Of a stretch of 64,000 bases of DNA, positions 40,760-51,057 are shown one piece after another. How positions within the stretch are numbered: the stretch's first letter is position 1; each line of letters opens with the position of its first letter. The DNA comes from Candidatus Daviesbacteria bacterium (GTDB taxonomy: Bacteria > Patescibacteriota > Microgenomatia > Daviesbacterales > UBA10151), in the NCBI GenBank assembly GCA_016183305.1, contig JACPEW010000020.1, positions 4,247-68,246 on the forward strand, written 5' to 3'. The notes beneath the pieces were generated by a model that saw only the letters and a list, made by a program, of their open reading frames with translations, was not told where the DNA came from and did not search any database. The position numbers were made by a program, and so were the translations under genes.

Positions 40760-42682
40760 TTAATAATTTAACCAATCATCTTTGTCCGGACTAGTATCAT
40801 CAAACGAGTCTTGACCCATGAAGTTGCTATTTGAGGTAATTAATTCCTTTGGGATATCTGATAAAAACCGGGAAACTAAATTATTGTTTCTTTGGCCAAA
40901 ATATAATCTTTGTCTGGTATAGGTTAAATATAATTTAATCTTGGCTCTGGTAATACCAACATAACAAAGTCTTCTTTCTTCCTCCAGTTCAGCCATATCC
41001 AGCATTGATCTGGAATGGGGGAATAACCCTTCTTCCATGCCTACCATAAACACTATGGGAAACTCTAACCCTTTGGCAGAATGCAGAGTCATTAAAGTAA
41101 CTGCGTTAGTCAGCTGTTCGCTATTAGCTTTTCGCTTTTGGCCAGATAGATGGCTATTTTCCACTAAAGCCACATTTTCCATAAATTCAATTAGGTTGGG
41201 AAATTCTTCAGCCACTGATCTAAGTTCTTTTACATTCTCTACCCTCCCTTTGCCTTCTTCCGTGCCATCGTCAAGATAGGCTAAATAGCCTGTTTTCTGA
41301 AGTATCTGGTCCAGTAGATCTAATGTGGAATATTGATCTATTTGAGGGCTTACTTCTGCAACAAGCTCCATAACCTTTCCTAACCTGCCTTTGCCAATTT
41401 TTTCAGCCCTTTTTAAAGCAACAGAATCTTTGGGGTTTTGCAGTAAACGGAGATATGAAAGCACATCTTTAATTTCCCTTCTTTCATAAAAGCTCACTCC
41501 TCCTACTAATTTATAGGGGATGCCAGCTTTTAAAAACTGTTCCTCCAAAGACCTTGATTGAGCATTAGTGCGGTACAAAATAGCAAAATCGGATAGTTTA
41601 GGTACACCTCCGGGGTGTGAGTTAGGTGACTGCTTGCGCTCACCTCGGAGGTGAGCTATGGTATCGATGATAAATAGCGCTTCTTCTACCTCATTTCTAA
41701 CTTCTACCACTTCTATTTTTTCTCCATTATCATTACTAGTCCAAAGTTTTAAAATAGGGTGGGACCTATTTTTTGAAATTACTGCAAAAGCTGTATCTAA
41801 GATATTTTGAGTAGATCTATAGTTTTGTTCTAAATTAAAAATTTTTGCGCCAGGATAATCTTTTTGGAAATTCAACATATTCCTATAATCAGCTCCTCTG
41901 AACGAATATATACTTTGTGCCATGTCTCCAACTACACAAATATTTTTGTGTCTGTTGGCCAAATATTTAGAAATTAAATATTGGGCAGGATTAGTATCCT
42001 GGTATTCATCAATTAAAATATACCTAAATTGGATTTGATAGCGGGTTAAAATTCTGGGATCTGTCTGGAAAAGTTTAATGGTTTTTAACAGCAAATCATC
42101 AAAATCTAAAGCATGATTATCCTCTAGAATTTTTTGATATTCCAGATAAATTTTAGCTACAGTTTCCTGAAAATAACCTCTGGCATATTGAGGGTATTCT
42201 AAAGCAGAAATAAGCTCATTTTTAGCTCCTGAGATAGTGGAGCGGACTGCATGAGGGGAAGTTTTTTGGGTAGGAATATTTAATTTACTCATTGCTTGTT
42301 TAATAGCATCTAAAGCATCGCCCTCATCATAAATAGCAAAACCAGGAGGCAGGCCTAAAACTTGGCCTTCCCGGCGCAATATCTTGGTGCAAAAAGAATG
42401 GAATGTTCCCATAACGGGAAGGTTGTAGGTGGTAGTTTGTAGGTTGTAGTTAAGGAGTTTTAAAATGCGGTCCCGCATCTCTCCGGCTGCTTTATTGGTA
42501 AATGTGACCATGAGAATATTTTCAGGAGGAATTTGTTTTTCTTTGATTAAATAAGATACCCGGTGGGTTAAGGCTTTCGTCTTCCCGCTTCCTGCGCCTG
42601 CCAAAATTAAAACCGGGCCTTCAGTGGTTTTAACAGCTTTTCGTTGGATAGGATTTAACTCATCAAGCAGGGAAGAAGACAT
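40760..42682 (-). CDS. pcrA: ATP-dependent DNA helicase PcrA/UvrD
   Basis: AGAGSGKT, DEYQDTN, LYRTNAQS, HSAKGLEF, EEERRLCYVGITRA. Confidence 0.95.
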   Translation of the reverse strand: MSSSLLDELNPIQRKAVKTTEGPVLILAGAGSGKTKALTHRVSYLIKEKQIPPENILMVTFTNKAAGEMRDRILKLLNYNLQTTTYNLPVMGTFHSFCTKILRREGQVLGLPPGFAIYDEGDALDAIKQAMSKLNIPTQKTSPHAVRSTISGAKNELISALEYPQYARGYFQETVAKIYLEYQKILEDNHALDFDDLLLKTIKLFQTDPRILTRYQIQFRYILIDEYQDTNPAQYLISKYLANRHKNICVVGDMAQSIYSFRGADYRNMLNFQKDYPGAKIFNLEQNYRSTQNILDTAFAVISKNRSHPILKLWTSNDNGEKIEVVEVRNEVEEALFIIDTIAHLRGERKQSPNSHPGGVPKLSDFAILYRTNAQSRSLEEQFLKAGIPYKLVGGVSFYERREIKDVLSYLRLLQNPKDSVALKRAEKIGKGRLGKVMELVAEVSPQIDQYSTLDLLDQILQKTGYLAYLDDGTEEGKGRVENVKELRSVAEEFPNLIEFMENVALVENSHLSGQKRKANSEQLTNAVTLMTLHSAKGLEFPIVFMVGMEEGLFPHSRSMLDMAELEEERRLCYVGITRAKIKLYLTYTRQRLYFGQRNNNLVSRFLSDIPKELITSNSNFMGQDSFDDTSPDKDDWLNY

Positions 42683-42743
42683 GACGCTGCATATATTAAC
42701 ATTCTGCTTATAGAATTTACAAACTATGTTTAGACTGGAAAAT

Positions 42744-43215
42744 TTAAATTATGAATTGGCAGGTAGATATTTTGAAGGACTGCTTATCAATAGTGTCTAC
42801 TACTGCAGCTTTCATTATTTCTGCCTGGGTTAATAGATGGTAGTTTATAAATCTTTGGTAAAAACTTTTAATATCAGATTGCTTGTGGAATTTGTAGGCA
42901 GCTAGTTCTGTTTGATAAGCTGCGGTCCGGTTTAAAGTATAGGTATTTAAATTTAGCTTTTGGCAAAATTCCACCAAAGAATGAGTTTGCGTAGGTTCAA
43001 AGTCAAAAATCATGGCTATAACTTTGTCTGCTAAAACCTACTGTAATAGCTTTGCTGCTACTAAGGAATTAATGTCTAAAGATACTTCCGCTATAATTTT
43101 GGTATAACCTTGTTTAATTAAATCCTTCTGGGAGTATTGAAGTAAGTAAGTAAGTAAGTTTACTGATCAATTGATCATCAATGTTTTTCTTATTAAACAA
43201 ACTGGACAGGTTTAT
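42744..43215 (-). pseudogene. Degenerate NadE-like N-terminal domain; in-frame TAG and CTTA-repeat frameshift
   Basis: Upstream of ORF 42744-43013 the frame reads GYTKIIAEVSLDINSLVAAKLLQ*VLADKVIAMIF, resembling NadE GLSGGIDS..A.....LG.DKV.A. Confidence 0.35.
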
Positions 43216-43250
43216 TGTTTTGTATTATTTAGTAATAGTATACTAATTTT

Positions 43251-44147
43251 ATGGACAACCCGCCTTCTCCTGTTCAAGTAGCTCAAGGTTCTTCCTCAGG
43301 TGGTAATAAAGAGGATGAGGAGTCTTTATTTGAAGCAAAAATAAACAATCCTTTTAGCAAATTCTTTGGTTGGATTAAAAGATTAATTCAGAGTGAAGGG
43401 ATAAATATTAAAATTAAACCCCTAACAGCTATTGGTTTGGTTATGGCTTTGACAGGAGGCGGAGGAATAATAGGTGGTGTTATAGTCTATTTTTTTCCGC
43501 ATAATTCTCCAATCCTCCACAGGGAAGTAATGTATCAGGGCAGCTTACAAAGAACAGAAAAAGGCTTCTTTTTAACCTTACCTAACTCAGACTTATATAT
43601 CTTAAGACCTAAAGTAAACTCCAGTATTAATTTTCAGACCCTGCAAAATGGACAAGCTTTGATAAAAGGCAATCTGACTCCGGAAAATTTTGTGATTGAA
43701 GTATCGGAAATTATCCTTTTGAATCCATCAGCTTCGCTAAATCCAACCCCGGAGGTTGCTGTTCCCCAGATTTCCCTAAATTCCCCTAATTCTCCCAATC
43801 TCCCAAACAGCTCAACTCTTCCTGATCTTTATTCTGGTCTAAAGTGGGAAACCAATCAAAAGAAGCTGTTAATCTTTACCTCTGGCAAGAGAAAGATAGA
43901 ACAGGAAGGTATTTATCTGGAATCTGCTCAAATTTCTGCTTTTCCCCAGGATTTTATTAATTACTATCTTGGAAGCCTAAAAGCTCAAGGTTTTAAAGAA
44001 ACCTTAAATTCTATTAATCCCGAAGGAATTACTATTACCTATGCCAAAGATAATTTATTCTTAACCTTTGGCATCAAAAATATCTACAAAGGACCGGGGG
44101 ATAGAAAACAGCCTTCAGGCTACAAAGCCTTTATCGAGCATAACTAA
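43251..44147 (+). CDS. Hypothetical membrane-anchored protein
   Basis: 298-aa ORF, one TM, Pro/Asn-rich linker. Confidence 0.65.
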   Translation: MDNPPSPVQVAQGSSSGGNKEDEESLFEAKINNPFSKFFGWIKRLIQSEGINIKIKPLTAIGLVMALTGGGGIIGGVIVYFFPHNSPILHREVMYQGSLQRTEKGFFLTLPNSDLYILRPKVNSSINFQTLQNGQALIKGNLTPENFVIEVSEIILLNPSASLNPTPEVAVPQISLNSPNSPNLPNSSTLPDLYSGLKWETNQKKLLIFTSGKRKIEQEGIYLESAQISAFPQDFINYYLGSLKAQGFKETLNSINPEGITITYAKDNLFLTFGIKNIYKGPGDRKQPSGYKAFIEHN

Positions 44148-44194
44148 TTTTCCTCTTTTATATTTTTTAAAAGAGTGATATTATCTTTGTCCGT

Positions 44195-45877
44195 ATGGTT
44201 AAACTTTTAGACTTTTGGGCTCCTTGGTGTGTAGATCCTCAAACTCCAGTATTAACAGAAAATGGTTATTTGCCTGCTTCAAAAATACAAGTTAATATAA
44301 ATCTACTAACAATTGATCCAAGAACGAAAAAACAGAGTCTTAAAAAGGTTAAAAAAATAAGAATTTTTAAGGATATTCCATCTAAGAGAATAATTTTGGA
44401 AACTGGAATAAATCTAATAGGAGATGTTAATCATCTGGTTTTAACCCAAGAAGGATTTAAGTCTTTAGGCAAGCTTAAGATTGGAGAGAGAGTTTTAATA
44501 AACCCTGTACAGGCTTCAGTTTTCGAACCGATTACTGATACAATCATACTGGAGACCACTGGGAATAATTTTGCTGATAAAGTTTTAAAAAGCTTAAACT
44601 TATTGCCTTTAAGATCAAATGATATCAGATTACCAGTTTTAGCAAGGTTGTTGGGCTTTGTAATGACCGATGGATATTATTTAAGACACAATATTTATGA
44701 AACACATTTTTTTATGGATACGGAAAAGGACGCTCAAGATATAAAAGCGGATTTACAAATTTTAGGTTTTGATAAATTGGAGATTAAACGACAGATCAAA
44801 AATCGCCAAATTGGAGAAAGAAAATTTACAATTAGCATTTTACGTTGTCGTAACTTGAACAAAGCAATATTTTTCTTGCTCAAAGCTTTAGGGGCTCCTG
44901 AAGGAAGAAAGAAAAATCAAGCTTATTTTATTTCGGATTGGATTATGGATGGAGAAAATTCTATTAAAAGAGCCTTTCTGAGTGGGTGGTTAGGTGGTGA
45001 TGGATGTAAAATCACCTATAGAGTAAAACACGAAGGAACAAGTTCTCATGATGCTGGATTTCATGTAAACGCAATCGAATTTCATAAAGAAAAAGAACTA
45101 GAGAAGGAAGGTATACTGTATGCTAAACAATTAGCAATTCTATTTGAGGAACTTGGAGTTGAGGTTAGAGATATATCAAGTAGCGGTGATGAGGATGGGG
45201 TTATTATATATCTTAGAGTTTCGAATTCTTATCCCTCACTACTAAATTTAACCAAGATTGGTTATGCCTATGCTTCGACTAAAAATAAACAAGTCCCCTT
45301 TATAAAGGAGTTTTTGAAGTATAGGTTGTTTGAACGAAGTAGTTATGCTGAGGTTAAAGAAATTGTTTTGAAGCAATTGGCGCTTGGAGTAAGTAATAGA
45401 AGTATAGCCGAAAATTTACAAATTCCTTTACATACAGTAGTCAGTTGGAGATATACAAGTCGCAATTCAAATATCTCGCATCCTTCTAACTCTGGTCAGG
45501 CGCTTTTTACAGAATGGTTGGAAGATAGGCAGGAAGGAAAATTATTGTGGGAAAAGGTAAAATTTATAGGTGATGCTGAGAATCGTGATGTAGTTGGTAT
45601 TACAGTAGCAAATCCCCATACGATTGTGACTAATGGAATAGTTTCTCATAATTGCGGTCCCTGCAGATTAATGAGTTCTATTATTGAAGAACTGGAGAAA
45701 GAATGGGCTGGGAAAGTAGAGGTAGAGAAAATTAATGTTGATGAATCTCCAGATAAAGCTTCTAAATATGGAGTAATGAGTATTCCTACTTTTATTGCCT
45801 TAAAAGATGAAAAAGAAGTAGGCAGGAAAATTGGAGTTACCGCCAAAGAAGATCTTCTTAAGTTGCTGCAATCATAA
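44195..45877 (+). CDS. trxA: Thioredoxin precursor containing an intein
   Basis: MVKLLDFWAPW + intein + CGPCRLM...KINVDE...YGVMSIPTF; spliced product 85 aa. Confidence 0.92.
   Translation: MVKLLDFWAPWCVDPQTPVLTENGYLPASKIQVNINLLTIDPRTKKQSLKKVKKIRIFKDIPSKRIILETGINLIGDVNHLVLTQEGFKSLGKLKIGERVLINPVQASVFEPITDTIILETTGNNFADKVLKSLNLLPLRSNDIRLPVLARLLGFVMTDGYYLRHNIYETHFFMDTEKDAQDIKADLQILGFDKLEIKRQIKNRQIGERKFTISILRCRNLNKAIFFLLKALGAPEGRKKNQAYFISDWIMDGENSIKRAFLSGWLGGDGCKITYRVKHEGTSSHDAGFHVNAIEFHKEKELEKEGILYAKQLAILFEELGVEVRDISSSGDEDGVIIYLRVSNSYPSLLNLTKIGYAYASTKNKQVPFIKEFLKYRLFERSSYAEVKEIVLKQLALGVSNRSIAENLQIPLHTVVSWRYTSRNSNISHPSNSGQALFTEWLEDRQEGKLLWEKVKFIGDAENRDVVGITVANPHTIVTNGIVSHNCGPCRLMSSIIEELEKEWAGKVEVEKINVDESPDKASKYGVMSIPTFIALKDEKEVGRKIGVTAKEDLLKLLQS
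44228..45652 (+). mobile_element. 475-aa intein with LAGLIDADG homing endonuclease
   Basis: C1 (CVDPQTPVLT), block B DVNHLVLT, LLGFVMTDG and FLSGWLGGDG, terminal HTIVTNGIVSHN, Cys at +1. Confidence 0.92.
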
Positions 45878-45896
45878 GTGATTAATCACTTTCATC

Positions 45897-46199
45897 ATGT
45901 CCTTTAAAGTTAAGGTAATAAATATAGTTAATCAAATTCCTTATGCTAGGGTTACCACCTATGGTACGATAGCCACCTTAGCAGGAATTCCCAGGGGAGG
46001 TAGGCTAGTAGGTGGGATTTTGCATAATTTTGGAGAGGAAATTCCCTGGTATAGAGTAGTTAACAGGCATGGATTTATCTCTACCAAATGCCTTGATCAC
46101 TTTAAAAAAGCTCAAAAGGCTTTACTTGAACAGGAAGGGATAGAAGTAAGCGCAGATTTCATGATAGACTTGGATAGGTATGGTTGGTTTCCTTACTAA
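45897..46199 (+). CDS. Alkyltransferase-like (ATL/MGMT family) protein
   Basis: IPY.RVTTYG.IA; PWYRVV (Trp in place of the catalytic Cys). Confidence 0.88.
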   Translation: MSFKVKVINIVNQIPYARVTTYGTIATLAGIPRGGRLVGGILHNFGEEIPWYRVVNRHGFISTKCLDHFKKAQKALLEQEGIEVSADFMIDLDRYGWFPY

Positions 46200-46201
46200 T
46201 T

Positions 46202-46867
46202 ATGTGGATTATTGCTAATTGGAAATCTAACAAAACAATAGCAGAAGCTTTAGATTGGCTGGCCCAAGCCGGACCCAAAATCCCCAAAAACCCTAATTTA
46301 ACAGTAGTAGTTTGCCCTTGTTTCAGCGCACTTTCAGAAGTTAAAAAAGCCATCATTGTTGGTAATTTTCCACTACTGGTAGGGGCTCAAGATTTATCAC
46401 CTTTTGGAATGGGCGCCTACACAGGAGAAGAACCGGCACAAATTTTAAGGGAGCTTATAACCCATGCAATTTTAGGTCATTCTGAAAGAAGGCAAAATTT
46501 TGGGGAAACAGATGAAATAATAAGTCAAAAAGCAGCTCAAGCTAAAGCCAACAACATCACCCCTTTGATTTGTGTACAGGGAACAGATATTTTAATACCA
46601 CAAGATTGTGAGCTGGTTGCTTTTGAGCCAATCTCTGCAATAGGCACAGGTAATCCTGATACTCCAGAAAATGCTAATGAAGTGGCTAAGACTTTAAAAG
46701 AAAAGAATGGTCAGGATATACAAGTGTTATATGGTGGAAGTGTGACTGCAGATAATGTTCAAAGTTTTCTTACACAATCCTTTTTAAGCGGAGTAATGAT
46801 TGGTAAAGCTTCTTTGGATGTACAAGAGTTTATTAAAATATGCAAGAAAGCTTTGGAAAATATTTAA
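46202..46867 (+). CDS. tpiA: Triosephosphate isomerase (short form)
   Basis: ANWKSN, GAYTGE, LGHSERR, AFEPISAIGTG, LYGGSV. Confidence 0.93.
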   Translation: MWIIANWKSNKTIAEALDWLAQAGPKIPKNPNLTVVVCPCFSALSEVKKAIIVGNFPLLVGAQDLSPFGMGAYTGEEPAQILRELITHAILGHSERRQNFGETDEIISQKAAQAKANNITPLICVQGTDILIPQDCELVAFEPISAIGTGNPDTPENANEVAKTLKEKNGQDIQVLYGGSVTADNVQSFLTQSFLSGVMIGKASLDVQEFIKICKKALENI

Positions 46868-48118
46868 ATGGAAAAATTAAGACAATTAAATCTGGGAAAA
46901 AGCGGGAAGGATAATCCCTTTAAAGTCAGAAAAGTTAAAAAAGTTTTGAAGAAGTTGTTTCCTTTATTGCTGGTAATTGGTATTTTAATATTAATTTCTT
47001 TCTTCTTAATTACCAGGTCAGGTACTACAACTTATGTCAATCTTAGCAAGATGTTGTCTGGTACATCTCTAAACTCTTCAGACGGAAAGGTTAATATATT
47101 GCTTTTAGGTATAGCAGGAGGCGCTCATGGTGGGGCAAATTTAACAGATACAATAATTGTTGCTTCTTATGATCTTAAAACTAACCAAGTTTACTTATTT
47201 TCTATTCCAAGAGATCTGTGGCTTCCTTCTTTTAAAAGTAAAGCCAATGCCATATACCAAATTGGTTTAACTCAAAATAATGGCTTAGGACTGGCTAAAA
47301 CTGTGATGGATAATATCGTTGGTTTGCCAATTCATTATGCTTTAAGGATAGATTTTAGAGGTTTTGTTCAAGTTATAGATGCTCTTGGTGGGATAGAAGT
47401 AATGGTGGAAAATTCATTTGATGATTATCTTTATCCAATACAAGGCAAAGAGAATGATTTATGTGGAAATGAAGAAAAAGAGATTGAATTTAGTGAAGAA
47501 GAGGCAGAAAAGCTTAATATCCCTTCAGGCAAAAGAACAGTTTTGATTACACCTGATGGCAGCATTGCTACTGATTCAGCAGAAGAAGATAAAGGGATTA
47601 AATATTATAGCTGCAGGTATGAACATATCAGCTTTAATAAAGGTAAAACTAGTATGAATGGGGCAATAGCTTTAAGTTTTGTTAGGTCAAGGCATGGTAC
47701 AAATGGTGAAGGTTCAGATTTTGCCAGGTCAAAAAGGCAGGAAAAAGTACTTGATGGAGTCAAAAGTAGAATATTCTCGCTTGAGGTTTTAGGTAACCCT
47801 GCTAAAATTTCAGAACTTTTAAAAACTTTTGATAAAAGTCTTGATACAGATATTTTAGCAAAAGATAGCTGGGAGCTTTATAAACTGTCCCGTAAAATGG
47901 ATAAAATTCACAGTTTTGTTTTAGATGATTCTCCAAGAACAGGTTTACCAAATAACAGAATCTCGCTTTTAGCTCATCCTAACCGCGGTGAATATGGAGG
48001 AGCCTATGTTTTAGTTTCTTTAGATGATGACTTTTCTTTAATACAAGGATATGTTAAAAACATACTCGAAGGGCAAATTTCAGAATATGAAGCTACTGCT
48101 TCTGCACGGTCCCGCTAA
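46868..48118 (+). CDS. LytR-CpsA-Psr (LCP) family protein
   Basis: NILLLG, TDTII, SIPRDLW, FVRSRH, SDFARSKRQ. Confidence 0.92.
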   Translation: MEKLRQLNLGKSGKDNPFKVRKVKKVLKKLFPLLLVIGILILISFFLITRSGTTTYVNLSKMLSGTSLNSSDGKVNILLLGIAGGAHGGANLTDTIIVASYDLKTNQVYLFSIPRDLWLPSFKSKANAIYQIGLTQNNGLGLAKTVMDNIVGLPIHYALRIDFRGFVQVIDALGGIEVMVENSFDDYLYPIQGKENDLCGNEEKEIEFSEEEAEKLNIPSGKRTVLITPDGSIATDSAEEDKGIKYYSCRYEHISFNKGKTSMNGAIALSFVRSRHGTNGEGSDFARSKRQEKVLDGVKSRIFSLEVLGNPAKISELLKTFDKSLDTDILAKDSWELYKLSRKMDKIHSFVLDDSPRTGLPNNRISLLAHPNRGEYGGAYVLVSLDDDFSLIQGYVKNILEGQISEYEATASARSR

Positions 48119-48728
48119 AGTTGCCTCAAGGCAAAAGTTAATAGAGCTAAAACAAAAGTTTGATCAAAATGATATTGTAGTTTTTGAAGAAAGGGCAAAT
48201 ATTCAGGCAATGTTAGGTAGTTTATCTACTGCCTCTCTTTTTTCTGAGGAAAGATTAATTATTTTAGAAAACCCTTCAGAAGATTCTATTAACTATACCC
48301 TATACCCTATACCCTATACCCTAATATTGTGGTTTGATCATGAGGTAAACCCTAAAAAATGGCCTGGATTTGAGTGTCTGCTATTTTCAGAAGGCAGGGA
48401 AGTGTCTGTTTTTCCCTTTTTGGACTGTTTAGCAGAAGGCAGCAATAAAGCTTTTTTGGAAATAAATAAACTAAAAAAAGCTGGTTTTGAGATCCAATAT
48501 TTTATCACCATGGTTTTTTATTTACTGAGGAATCTGGCAGCTACCCCTAAAAATGCTCCACAATTTGTTAAGGACAAGCTCCAAAGACAAAGAAAAAACT
48601 TCTCCCAAGAAAAAATTACAAAACTATATAAAGAAATATTAGAAATTGATTTTAAAATTAAATCAGGTTTGTTAGAAAAAGACCAGGCAGGATTTCTGCT
48701 AATAAATAAGTTTGTTATCTCCAATTAA
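48087..48728 (+). CDS. holA: Short DNA polymerase III delta-like protein
   Basis: LLLLHG, SLFSEERLIILEN, LEIDFKIKSG. Confidence 0.65.
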   Translation: MKLLLLHGPAKVASRQKLIELKQKFDQNDIVVFEERANIQAMLGSLSTASLFSEERLIILENPSEDSINYTLYPIPYTLILWFDHEVNPKKWPGFECLLFSEGREVSVFPFLDCLAEGSNKAFLEINKLKKAGFEIQYFITMVFYLLRNLAATPKNAPQFVKDKLQRQRKNFSQEKITKLYKEILEIDFKIKSGLLEKDQAGFLLINKFVISN

Positions 48729-48738
48729 ATACTATTGT

Positions 48739-49653
48739 TTACCGGGACCCTAAATCCTTAAGCTTTTGGGCCATTAAATCTAAATCTTTTTGATTAACAA
48801 CACCATCTTTATTTAAGTCAGCCTTATTATTTTTAGGATTATTACTGAAGTTTTGTAAAATAATTGCATTATCTGCTGAGTTTATTTTCCCATCACCGTT
48901 TAAATCATAATTTGGTGGAGGAGTCTCTTCTGGAGTAGTTAGATCTAAACTTTGTCCCAGTTTTATAGAAGGCAAAGGTAGTGTGTTGGCTGTTAATTTA
49001 GTTATTAAACTGGCTGATCCTTTATTTGAGATTATGGTAATTTTGGCAGTAGCATCTTCTGTTAAAGAATATATATCAGAAAGGTCATTTTTTCTAAGGT
49101 ATGAAAGAGGAATCAAGAAATTGCCTCCTGTTTTAATCAAGGCAGATTGCAGGTAAGCTCCGGTTACTGAAAGGTAAACAATACCTTCGTTTACAGGAGC
49201 AGTATCATCTAGTGCAGCCCCTATGATTGGAGTAAAACCAGTTTGACTAGCTAGAGATTTTGCTGTTTCAAAGCTTTTAAGCTCAGAAGTAACTTTACCT
49301 GAGGTAATTTTATATTGGTAACGGGCTTGGGGCAGTAAATTTTTTAAAGTTACATAATGGATCAGATGAGGCTTTGGAGCTGTATCCCGGTCATCCAAGG
49401 CTGTTTGTTCAGTTGGGTTCTCTTGACCAAAAGTTACAAAAGAGCTAGCAGGAGTATTGGTTTGCCAAGAAATAGTGACCGAATTTTCTGTTAAGTTTGT
49501 TAGAGTAATATTTTGCGGGGTTAAGTCTGGAGCAGCTTGACTTGTAAATATTTGTTCTTGTAAAACTAAATAGACTCCGCTTGCTAAACCTAAAAAAATT
49601 ATACTGAGCCCTAAAATAGTTGGAATCTTAAATCTGCTTAAAAAATCTGTCAT
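48739..49653 (-). CDS. FN3/purple-acid-phosphatase-N domain plus dockerin-like exported protein
   Basis: TISWQT, HYVTLKNL.P...Y.Y; DLNGDGKINSAD and DLNKDGVVNQKD. Confidence 0.8.
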   Translation of the reverse strand: MTDFLSRFKIPTILGLSIIFLGLASGVYLVLQEQIFTSQAAPDLTPQNITLTNLTENSVTISWQTNTPASSFVTFGQENPTEQTALDDRDTAPKPHLIHYVTLKNLLPQARYQYKITSGKVTSELKSFETAKSLASQTGFTPIIGAALDDTAPVNEGIVYLSVTGAYLQSALIKTGGNFLIPLSYLRKNDLSDIYSLTEDATAKITIISNKGSASLITKLTANTLPLPSIKLGQSLDLTTPEETPPPNYDLNGDGKINSADNAIILQNFSNNPKNNKADLNKDGVVNQKDLDLMAQKLKDLGSR

Positions 49654-49826
49654 GGTGTAGATTGTATGCTTTTAATATTAAAATCCGGGCTAATTGGTTC
49701 AATTATGATTTGCAGCTGGGTAGGAATTTGAACCTGTGACCTGATATGGATTATATCAAATATTACCCAGGCCAAAATTGTAACAAATGTTAATATTGCA
49801 GCTATTAGCCACTCTTTTTTAGTCAT
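49650..49826 (-). CDS. 58-aa single-TM protein in the pilNO operon (below the ORF-track cutoff)
   Basis: MTKKEWLIAAILTFVTILAWVIFDIIH...; fills the gap exactly, with its TGA overlapping the next ATG. Confidence 0.7.
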   Translation of the reverse strand: MTKKEWLIAAILTFVTILAWVIFDIIHIRSQVQIPTQLQIIIEPISPDFNIKSIQSTP

Positions 49827-49827
49827 A

Positions 49828-50433
49828 TTATTTTAGATAGTAAGCCTTTCCTGAAACTGACATAATTATGGTTGTTCCTTCGTTGGCTTTAGATAAAGAT
49901 AAATTATCTATAGAAAACAACCTATTGCTAGTTTGAAGATCTTGCAAGAGAGCAAGCAGGCTTGTATAGCTGCCTTCAGTGTTGAAGATAAAAGAAGCTT
50001 CGGCAATTGATCCTACCTGAACTTCATTTTTTGGTTCTAAAACCAGTGGTTGTATTTGTAATGCAGAGATTGATGCTTCGTTTCTTTTGGCTGTTTGTTC
50101 TAATGTTTGAATGATTGATTTTAAACTAACTGTATCAGGGATTAAAGCTGTAATCTTATCTTTAATATCCTGATCCATATTATCGTAATTTTCTTTACCC
50201 AAAGATAAATTATTGGCTTTTTGGGTAATCTTTTGTAAAACCTCGTTTGAATCAGCTAATTTTTTTTGTAGAACTAAAATCGTTTCAACGGTGGGTTTAA
50301 TAGCAAAAAATAACAGTATAGAGATAGTTAAAAGGCTAAATATTGTCGGCCCGTAATTTTTAACAATTGGGAGTTTGGTAACTGGTTTAATATATGTAAA
50401 ATATTTAGAATAAAGATTCGATTCGTTTCTCAT
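49828..50433 (-). CDS. pilO: Type IV pilus assembly PilO-like protein
   Basis: TM FFAIKPT; GSYTSLL.LL.DLQ...RLF.I. Confidence 0.75.
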   Translation of the reverse strand: MRNESNLYSKYFTYIKPVTKLPIVKNYGPTIFSLLTISILLFFAIKPTVETILVLQKKLADSNEVLQKITQKANNLSLGKENYDNMDQDIKDKITALIPDTVSLKSIIQTLEQTAKRNEASISALQIQPLVLEPKNEVQVGSIAEASFIFNTEGSYTSLLALLQDLQTSNRLFSIDNLSLSKANEGTTIIMSVSGKAYYLK

Positions 50434-51014
50434 ATGACTTGTTGTTTAAAACCAGTTGCTTTAGCTGTTGCGTCAAGACTAAATTTAATTACTCCTTGTT
50501 CTAAACCAGCATTAACAAGGGTAACATTACTAAATGTTGTATCGCTTTTTAATCCAGCAATAAAACTCATTAAATCATTATTTTGAGGGGTTTGACCAGC
50601 AATACGAACTTTACCGCTATTTATTTGTTTTTCGATATTGATTGCAGTAATTTTAACACTGGTAGGTATCTGGTCAGCAATTTTTTTTAAAATTGCTGAC
50701 CAGTCAGGGGAATTTGTTTTGGTGTTATCAATAGTTGCTAGTTTAAGTTGGGTCTGTCTAATTAGAACTTCGTAAGCTTTTAGGCTTTCAATATAAGGAA
50801 TTTGTTCCTCAATAGCTTCTTTATCGGCTGCAAGGTCTGCATCTAATTTAAATCTGGCTCCAAAGGCAATTAATACCAAGGCCTCAACAAATACAAAAAT
50901 GTATCTGCCCGATAAAAGCAGCCAACGGAAGAGTTTAACAGGTAATTTTTCTGGATTACTTTGAGGTTTAAGTAAATTAAGCTTGATTGTTAGCTTAGGC
51001 TTAGGTTTGGGCAT
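50430..51014 (-). CDS. pilN: Type IV pilus assembly PilN-like protein
   Basis: LNLL, TM, coiled coil, IPTSVKIT, F...LK....FSNV. Confidence 0.75.
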   Translation of the reverse strand: MPKPKPKLTIKLNLLKPQSNPEKLPVKLFRWLLLSGRYIFVFVEALVLIAFGARFKLDADLAADKEAIEEQIPYIESLKAYEVLIRQTQLKLATIDNTKTNSPDWSAILKKIADQIPTSVKITAINIEKQINSGKVRIAGQTPQNNDLMSFIAGLKSDTTFSNVTLVNAGLEQGVIKFSLDATAKATGFKQQVI

Positions 51015-51057
51015 ATTAATATTGTACAGCGATAAGGAATTGAGGTATAGAGGTGAA

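Noticed and set aside
49712..49745. tRNA-like string (ggaatttgaacctgtgacct)
   Set aside because: No cloverleaf can be completed, and it lies inside the 58-aa ORF 49650-49826.
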